DNA of 64,000 nucleotides, from positions 62,001 through 126,000 of the forward strand of contig JBHGNT010000026.1 of assembly GCA_043228905.1 (NCBI GenBank), given 5' to 3'. Shown piece after piece: positions 1-8,872 of the stretch. This DNA is from Azolla caroliniana (Eukaryota > Plantae > Polypodiophyta). How positions within the stretch are numbered: the first letter of the stretch is position 1; every line of letters begins with the position of its first letter. The notes beneath the pieces are model-generated. The model saw only the letters and a list, made by a program, of their open reading frames with translations. It did no database searches and was not told where the DNA came from. The translations under genes were made by a program, and so were the position numbers.

Positions 1-1898
1 TTAAAAAATCAAGATTATGAAACTCAGGTCGAGAGACATGACGAAATTACCAAATTTGAGGAGGGAGTTAAGAAGAGCTATTAGGTAAATTAAAATGTTC
101 ATACCTGGCTCGTGTGATATCGGATTTTTGTGTTCAAACATGCGAATCGAAGCTAACAACGCTAGCTATGATATGGAATTACAAAATCAAGATTTTGAAA
201 CTCCAGGCGAGAGACATGACGAAATTACCAAATTTGAGGAGGGAGTTAAGAAGAGCTATTAGGTAAATAAAAATGTTCATACCTAGCTCGTGTGATATCG
301 GATTTTTGTGTACAAACATGCGAATCGAAGCTAACAACGCTAGCTATGACATGGAATTAAAAAATCAAGATTATGAAACTCAGGTCGAGAGACATGACGA
401 AATTACCAAATTTGAGGAGGGAGTTAAGAAGAGCTATTAGGTAAATTAAAATGTTCATACCTGGCTCGTGTGATATCGGATTTTTGTGTTCAAACATGCG
501 AATCGAAGCTAACAACGCTAGCTATGATATAGAATTAAAAAATCAAGATTTTGACACTCAGGTCGAGAGACATGACGAAATTACCAAATTTGAGGAGTGA
601 GTTGAGAGGAGCCCTTGAGTAAATTAAAATGTTCATACATAGCGAGTGTGATATCGGATTTTTGTGTACAAACATGCGAATCGAAGCTAACAACGCTAGC
701 TATGATATGGAATTAAAAAATCAAGATTTTGAAACTAAGGTCGAGAGACATGACGAAATTACCAAATTTGAGGAGGGAGTTGAGAGGGGCCCTTGAGTAA
801 ATTAAAATGTTCATACCTAGCGAGTGTGATATCGGAATTTTGTGTTCAAACATGCGAATCAAACCTAACAACGCTAGCTATGATCTAGAATTAAAAAAGC
901 AAGATTTTGAAACTCAGGTCGAGAGTCATGACGGAATTAGCAAATTTGAGGAGTGAGTTGAGAGGAGCCCTTGAGTAAATTAAAATGGTCATACCTAGCG
1001 AGTGTGATATCGGATTTTTGTGTACAAACATGCGAATCGAAGCTAACAACGCTAGCTATCATATGGAATTGAAAAATCAAGATTTTGAAACTCAGGTCGA
1101 GAGACATGACGAAATTAGCAAATTTGAGGAGTGAGTTGAGAGAAGCCCTTGAGTAAATTAAAATGTTCATACCTAGCGAGTGTGATATCGGAATTTTGTG
1201 TACAAACATGCGAATCGAAGCTAACAACGCTAGCTATGATATGGAATTGAAAAATCAAGATTTTGAAACTCAGGTCGAGAGACATGACGAAATTAGCAAA
1301 TTTGAGGAGTGAGTTGAGAGGAGCCCTTGAGTAAATAAAAATGTTCATACCTAGCTCGTGTGATATCGGATTTTTGTGTACAAACATGCGAATCGAAGCT
1401 AACAACGCTAGCTATGACATGGAATTAAAAAATCAAGATTTTGAAACTAAGGTCGAGAGACATGACGAAATTACCAAATTTGAGGAGGGAGTTGAGAGGA
1501 GCCCTTGAGTAAATAAAAATGTTCATACCTAGCTCGTGTGATATCGGAATTTTGTGTTCAAACATGCGAATCAAACCTAACAACGCTAGCTATGATCTAG
1601 AATTAAAAAAGCAAGATTTTGAAACTCAGGTCGAGAGTCATGACGGAATTAGCAAATTTGAGGAGTGAGTTGAGAGGAGCCCTTGAGTAAATTAAAATGG
1701 TCATACCTAGCGAGTGTGATATCGGATTTTTGTGTACAAACATGCGAATCGAAGCTAACAACGCTAGCTATCATATGGAATTGAAAAATCAAGATTTTGA
1801 AACTCAGGTCGAGAGACATGACGAATTTAGCAAATTTGAGGAGTGAGTTGAGAGGAGCCCTTGAGTAAATAAAAATGTTCATACCTAGCTCGTGTGAT

Positions 1899-1902
1899 AT
1901 CG
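1899..1902. other. Junction of a 27-bp deletion giving a 151-bp monomer (ATCG microhomology)
   Basis: Observed GTGTGATATCGAAGCTAAC versus normal GTGTGATATCG-GATTTTTGTGTACAAACATGCGAATCG-AAGCTAAC. The phase step 1827 to 1978 is 151. Confidence 0.97.
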
Positions 1903-4900
1903 AAGCTAACAACGCTAGCTATCATATGGAATTGAAAAATCAAGATTTTGAAACTCAGGTCGAGAGACATGACGAAATTAGCAAATTTGAGGAGTGAGTT
2001 GAGAGAAGCCCTTGAGTAAATTAAAATGTTCATACCTAGCGAGTGTGATATCGGAATTTTGTGTACAAACATGCGAATCGAAGCTAACAACGCTAGCTAT
2101 GATATGGAATTGAAAAATCAAGATTTTGAAACTCAGGTCGAGAGACATGACGAAATTAGCAAATTTGAGGAGTGAGTTGAGAGGAGCCCTTGAGTAAATA
2201 AAAATGTTCATACCTAGCTCGTGTGATATCGGATTTTTGTGTTCAAACATGCGAATCGAAGCTAACAACGCTAGCTATGATATGGAATTACAAAATCAAG
2301 ATTTTGAAACTCCAGGCGAGAGACATGACGAAATTACCAAATTTGAGGAGTGAGGTTGGAAGAGCGCGTGAGTGAATTAAAATGTTCATACCTGGCTCGT
2401 GTGATATCGGATTTTTGTGTTCAAACATGCGAATCGAAGCTAACAACGCTAGCTATGATATGGACTTAAAAAATCAAGATTTTGAAACTCAGGTCGAGAG
2501 ACATGACGAAATTACCAACTTTGAGGAGTGAGTTGAGATGAGCCCTTGAGTATATTAAAATGGTCATACCTAGCGAGTGTGATATCGGAATTTTGTGTTC
2601 AAACATTCGAATCGAAGCCAACAACGCTAGCTATGATATGCAATTAAAAAATCAAGATTTTGAAACTCAGGTCGAGAGACATGACGAAATTAGCAAATTT
2701 GAGGAGTGAGTTGAGAGGAGCCCTTGAGTAAATAAAAATGGTCATACCTAGCGAGTGTGATATCGGATTTTTGTGTACAAACATGCGAATCGAAGCTAAC
2801 AACGCTAGCTATGACATGGAATTAAAAAATCAAGATTATGAAACTCAGGTCGAGAGACATGACGAAATTACCAAATTTGAGGAGGGAGTTAAGAAGAGCT
2901 ATTAGGTAAATTAAAATGTTCATACCTGGCTCGTGTGATATCGGATTTTTGTGTTCAAACATGCGAATCGAAGCTAACAACGCTAGCTATGATATAGAAT
3001 TAAAAAATCAAGATTTTGACACTCAGGTCGAGAGACATGACGAAATTACCAAATTTGAGGAGTGAGTTGAGAGGAGCCCTTGAGTAAATTAAAATGTTCA
3101 TACATAGCGAGTGTGATATCGGATTTTTGTGTACAAACATGCGAATCGAAGCTAACAACGCTAGCTATGATATGGAATTAAAAAATCAAGATTTTGAAAC
3201 TAAGGTCGAGAGACATGACGAAATTACCAAATTTGAGGAGGGAGTTGAGAGGGGCCCTTGAGTAAATAAAAATGTTCATACCTAGCGAGTGTGATATCGG
3301 AATTTTGTGTTCAAACATGCGAATCAAACCTAACAACGCTAGCTATGATCTAGAATTAAAAAAGCAAGATTTTGAAACTCAGGTCGAGAGTCATGACGGA
3401 ATTAGCAAATTTGAGGAGTGAGTTGAGAGGAGCCCTTGAGTAAATTAAAATGGTCATACCTAGCGAGTGTGATATCGGATTTTTGTGTACAAACATGCGA
3501 ATCGAAGCTAACAACGCTAGCTATCATATGGAATTGAAAAATCAAGATTTTGAAACTCAGGTCGAGAGACATGACGAAATTAGCAAATTTGAGGAGTGAG
3601 TTGAGAGAAGCCCTTGAGTAAATTAAAATGTTCATACCTAGCGAGTGTGATATCGGAATTTTGTGTACAAACATGCGAATCGAAGCTAACAACGCTAGCT
3701 ATGATATGGAATTGAAAAATCAAGATTTTGAAACTCAGGTCGAGAGACATGACGAAATTAGCAAATTTGAGGAGTGAGTTGAGAGGAGCCCTTGAGTAAA
3801 TAAAAATGTTCATACCTAGCTCGTGTGATATCGGATTTTTGTGTACAAACATGCGAATCGAAGCTAACAACGCTAGCTATGACATGGAATTAAAAAATCA
3901 AGATTATGAAACTCAGGTCGAGAGACATGACGAAATTACCAAATTTGAGGAGGGAGTTAAGAAGAGCTATTAGGTAAATTAAAATGTTCATACCTGGCTC
4001 GTGTGATATCGGATTTTTGTGTTCAAACATGCGAATCGAAGCTAACAACGCTAGCTATGATATAGAATTAAAAAATCAAGATTTTGACACTCAGGTCGAG
4101 AGACATGACGAAATTACCAAATTTGAGGAGTGAGTTGAGAGGAGCCCTTGAGTAAATTAAAATGTTCATACATAGCGAGTGTGATATCGGATTTTTGTGT
4201 ACAAACATGCGAATCGAAGCTAACAACGCTAGCTATGATATGGAATTAAAAAATCAAGATTTTGAAACTAAGGTCGAGAGACATGACGAAATTACCAAAT
4301 TTGAGGAGGGAGTTTAGAGGGGCCCTTGAGTAAATTAAAATGTTCATACCTAGCTCGTGTGATATCGGAATTTTGTGTTCAAACATGCGAATCAAACCTA
4401 ACAATGCTAGCTATGATCTAGAATTAAAAAAGCAAGATTTTGAAACTCAGGTCGAGAGTCATGACGGAATTAGCAAATTTGAGGAGTGAGTTGAGAGGAG
4501 CCCTTGAGTAAATTAAAAGGGTCATACCTAGCGAGTGTGATATCGGATTTTTGTGTACAAACATGCGAATCGAAGCTAACAACGCTAGCTATGATATGGA
4601 ATTGAAAAATCAAGATTTTGAAACTCAGGTCGAGAGACATGACGAAATTAGCAAATTTGAGGAGTGAGTTGAGAGGAGCCCTTGAGTAAATAAAAATGTT
4701 CATACCTAGCTCGTGTGATATCGGATTTTTGTGTACAAACATGCGAATCGAAGCTAACAACGCTAGCTATGACATGGAATTAAAAAATCAAGATTATGAA
4801 ACTCAGGTCGAGAGACATGACGAAATTACCAAATTTGAGGAGTGAGTTGAGAGGAGCCCTTGAGTAAATAAAAATGTTCATACCTAGCTCGTGTGATATC

Positions 4901-7111
4901 GGATTTTTGTGTTCAAACATGCGAATCGAAGCTAACAACGCTAGCTATGATATGGAATTACAAAATCAAGATTTTGAAACTCCAGGCGAGAGACATGACG
5001 AAATTACCAAATTTGAGGAGTGAGGTTGGAAGAGCGCGTGAGTGAATTAAAATGTTCATACCTGGCTCGTGTGATATCGGATTTTTGTGTTCAAACATGC
5101 GAATCGAAGCCAACAACGCTAGCTATGATATGGAATTAAAAAATCAAGATTTTGAAACTAAGGTCGAGAGACATGACGAAATTACCAAATTTGAGGAGGG
5201 AGTTGAGAGGGGCCCTTGAGTAAATTAAAATGTTCATACCTAGCGAGTGTGATATCGGAATTTTGTGTTCAAACATGCGAATCAAACCTAACAACGCTAG
5301 CTATGATCTAGAATTAAAAAAGCAAGATTTTGAAACTCAGGTCGAGAGTCATGACGTAATTAGCAAATTTGAGGAGTGAGTTGAGAGGAGCCCTTGAGTA
5401 AATTAAAAGGGTCATACCTAGCGAGTGTGATATCGGATTTTTGTGTACAAACATGCGAATCGAAGCTAACAACGCTAGCTATCATATGGAATTGAAAAAT
5501 CAAGATTTTGAAACTCAGGTCGAGAGACATGACGAAATTAGCAAATTTGAGGAGTGAGTTGAGAGAAGCCCTTGAGTAAATTAAAATGTTCATACCTAGC
5601 GAGTGTGATATCGGAATTTTGTGTACAAACATGCGAATCGAAGCTAACAACGCTAGCTATGATATGGAATTGAAAAATCAAGATTTTGAAACTCAGGTCG
5701 AGAGACATGACGAAATTAGCAAATTTGAGGAGTGAGTTGAGAGGAGCCCTTGAGTAAATAAAAATGTTCATACCTAGCTCGTGTGATATCGGAATTTTGT
5801 GTTCAAACATGCGAATCAAACCTAACAACGCTAGCTATGATCTAGAATTAAAAAAGCAAGATTTTGAAACTCAGGTCGAGACTCATGACGGAATTAGCAA
5901 ATTTGAGGAGTGAGTTGAGAGGAGCCCTTGAGTAAATTAAAATGGTCATCCCTAGCGAGTGTGATATCGGATTTTTGTGTACAAACATGCGAATCGAAGC
6001 TAACAACGCTAGCTATCATATGGAATTGAAAAATCAAGATTTTGAAACTCAGGTCGAGAGACATGACGAAATTAGCAAATTTGAGGAGTGAGTTGAGAGA
6101 AGCCCTTGAGTAAATTAAAATGTTCATACCTAGCGAGTGTGATATCGGAATTTTGTGTACAAACATGCGAATCGAAGCTAACAACGCTAGCTATGATATG
6201 GAATTGAAAAATCAAGATTTTGAAACTCAGGTCGAGAGACATGACGAAATTAGCAAATTTGAGGAGTGAGTTGAGAGGAGCCCTTGAGTAAATTAAAATG
6301 TTCATACATAGCGAGTGTGATATCGGATTTTTGTGTACAAACATGCGAATCGAAGCTAACAACGCTAGCTATGATATGGAATTAAAAAATCAAGATTTTG
6401 AAACTAAGGTCGAGAGACATGACGAAATTACCAAATTTGAGGAGGGAGTTGAGAGGAGCCCTTGAGTAAATAAAAATGTTCATACCTAGCTCGTGTGATA
6501 TCGGAATTTTGTGTTCAAACATGCGAATCAAACCTAACAACGCTAGCTATGATCTAGAATTAAAAAAGCAAGATTTTGAAACTCAGGTCGAGAGTCATGA
6601 CGGAATTAGCAAATTTGAGGAGTGAGTTGAGAGGAGCCCTTGAGTAAATTAAAATGGTCATACCTAGCGAGTGTGATATCGGATTTTTGTGTACAAACAT
6701 GCGAATCGAAGCTAACAACGCTAGCTATCATATGGAATTGAAAAATCAAGATTTTGAAACTCAGGTCGAGAGACATGACGAAATTAGCAAATTTGAGGAG
6801 TGAGTTGAGAGAAGCCCTTGAGTAAATTAAAATGTTCATACCTAGCGAGTGTGATATCGGAATTTTGTGTACAAACATGCGAATCGAAGCTAACAACGCT
6901 AGCTATGATATGGAATTGAAAAATCAAGATTTTGAAACTCAGGTCGAGAGACATGACGAAATTAGCAAATTTGAGGAGTGAGTTGAGAGGAGCCCTTGAG
7001 TAAATAAAAATGTTCATACCTAGCTCGTGTGATATCGGATTTTTGTGTTCAAACATGCGAATCGAAGCTAACAACGCTAGCTATGATATGGAATTACAAA
7101 ATCAAGATTTT

Positions 7112-7158
7112 GAAACTCCAGGCGAGAGACATGACGAAACTCCAGGCGAGAGACATGA
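7112..7158. repeat. 24-bp tandem duplication at the left junction of the diverged island
   Basis: GAAACTCCAGGCGAGAGACATGAC (7112-7135) is immediately followed by GAAACTCCAGGCGAGAGACATGA (7136-7158), then the sequence jumps to TATCGGATTTTT. Confidence 0.95.
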
Positions 7159-8872
7159 TATCGGATTTTTGTGTTCAAACATGCGAATCGAAGGTAATAA
7201 ATCTAGGTATGATATGGAATTCAAAAATCATGATTTGGAAACTAAGACCGAAAGACATGAACAAAAAAGCAAATTTGAGGAAGGCGTACACAAGAGCTTG
7301 TCAATGAATGAAAATGTTCATCGATGGCTCGTGTAATATCGTATTTTCGTGTTTAAACTTGAGAATCGAAGGTAACGTATCTAGCTATGATATGGAATTC
7401 AAAAATCATGATTTTGAAACTCAGGTCGAGAGACATGAACAAAAAAGCAAATTTTAGGAAGGCGTAGTCAAGAGCTCGTCAATGAATCAAAATGTTCATA
7501 GATGGCTCGTGTGATATCCGATGTTTGGGTTTAAACATGCGAATAGAAGGTAACGAAACTAGCCATGGTATGGAATTGAAAAATGATGATTTTGTAACTA
7601 AGGTGGACAGAAATGAATAAAAAAGCAAATTTGAGGAAGGCATAGACAAGGGTTCCTCAATGAATGAAAATGTTCATAGATGACTCTTGTGATATCCGAT
7701 TTTTGGGTTTAAAAATGCGAATCGAAGTAACGAATCTAGCTATGATATGCAATTGAAAAATCATGATTTCGAAACTCAGGTTGAGAGACATGAACAAAAA
7801 AGCAAATTTGAGGAAGGCGTAGACAATAGCTCCTCAATGATTGAAAATGTTCATAGATGGTTCGTGTGATATCGGATGTTTGGGTTTAAACATGCCTATC
7901 GAAGGTAACCAATCTAGGTATGATATGGAGTTCAAAAATCATGATTTGGAAACTGAGACCGAAATACATGAACACAAAAGCAAATTTGAGGAAGGCGTAG
8001 ACATGAGCTCCTCAATGAATAAAAATGTTCATAGATGGCTCGTGTGATTTCGGATTTTTGGGTTTAAACATGCGAATCGAAGGTAACGAATCTAGCTATG
8101 AGATGGAATTGAAAAATCATGATTTCGGAACTCAGGTCGAGAGACATGAACAAAAAAGCAAATTTGAGGAAGGGGTAGACAAGTGCTCCTCAATGAATGA
8201 AAATGTTCATAGATGGCTCGTGTGATATCGAATTTTTGGGTTTAAAAATCCGAATCGAAGGTAATGAATCTAGCTCTGATATGGAACTTGAAAATCATAA
8301 TTTAGAAACTTTTAAACATTCGAATCGAAGGTAACGAATCTAGCTATGACCTCCTCAATTAATAAAAATGTTCATAGATGGCTCGTGTGATATCGGATTT
8401 TTGGGTTTAAACTGGCGAATCGAAGGAATGAAAATGTTCAGAGATGGCTCATGTGATATCGGATTTTTTGGGTTTAAACACTCGAATCGAAGGTAACGAA
8501 TCTAGCTATGATATTTGATTTGAAAAATAATCATTTTGAAACTTAGGTCGAGAGACGTGAACAAAAAAGCAAATTTGAGGAAGGCGTAGACAAGAGCTCG
8601 TCAATGAATCAAAATGATTATAGATGGCTCGTGTCATATCCGATGTTTGGGTTTAAACATGCGAATCCAGGGATACGAAACTAGCCATGATATGGAATTG
8701 AAAAATCATGATTTTGAAACTAAGGTGGACAGAAATGAATAAAAAAGCAAATTTGAGGAAGGCGTAGAAAAGAGCTCCTCAATGAATGAAAATGTTCATA
8801 GATGGCTCCTGTGATATCGGATTTCTGGGTTTAAAAATGCGAATCGAAGGTAACTAATTTAGCTATGATATG
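7159..8872. repeat. Island of a diverged sister 178-bp satellite subfamily (about 10 monomers, some truncated or rearranged)
   Basis: Same monomer skeleton but with diagnostic GAACAAAAAAGCAAATTTGAGGAAGGCGTAGACAAGAGCTCCTCAATGAATGAAAATGTTCATAGATGGCTC, GGGTTTAAAC, GAAGGTAACGAATCTAG and AAAATCATGATTTT. GATATC-equivalent anchors lie at 7157, 7335, 7513, 7691, 7868, 8046, 8224, 8389, 8455, 8635 and 8813. Confidence 0.96.

Larger units (their letters stand above)
1..7158. repeat. 178-bp tandem satellite array, main homogeneous family (left segment, about 40 monomers)
   Basis: Motifs such as GATATCGG, CAAATTTGAGGAG and GCTAGCTAT recur every 178 bp. ORF-track coordinates 937/1115/1649/1827 and 1978...6784 differ by multiples of 178, apart from one 151-bp step at about 1900. 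Confidence 0.99.

Noticed and set aside
30-50. TGACG (bZIP/as-1-like) motif in every monomer
   Set aside because: A 5-mer is expected by chance, it is absent from island monomers (TGAAC), and nothing supports a regulatory role.
1-178. Identification as Arabidopsis CEN178, alpha satellite (CENP-B box), or a 5S rDNA/tRNA-derived repeat
   Set aside because: Only the length is similar. I recognise no sequence similarity, CENP-B box, 5S coding region or tRNA fold.
7010-8225. Plus-strand ORFs of 108, 92, 68 and 66 aa at the island
   Set aside because: They are translations of satellite monomers across the junction. The ETPGERHD repeat is just the 24-bp duplication.
7520-8840. GGGTTTA in island monomers resembling the plant telomere repeat
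   Set aside because: It is a single 7-mer per monomer, never tandem, and is simply the island counterpart of GTGTTCA in the main family.
7159-8872. Island as a transposon or retroelement insertion with a target-site duplication
   Set aside because: The island is entirely satellite-homologous, with no LTR, TIR, poly-A tail or coding sequence. The 24-bp duplication is tandem on one side rather than flanking both ends.
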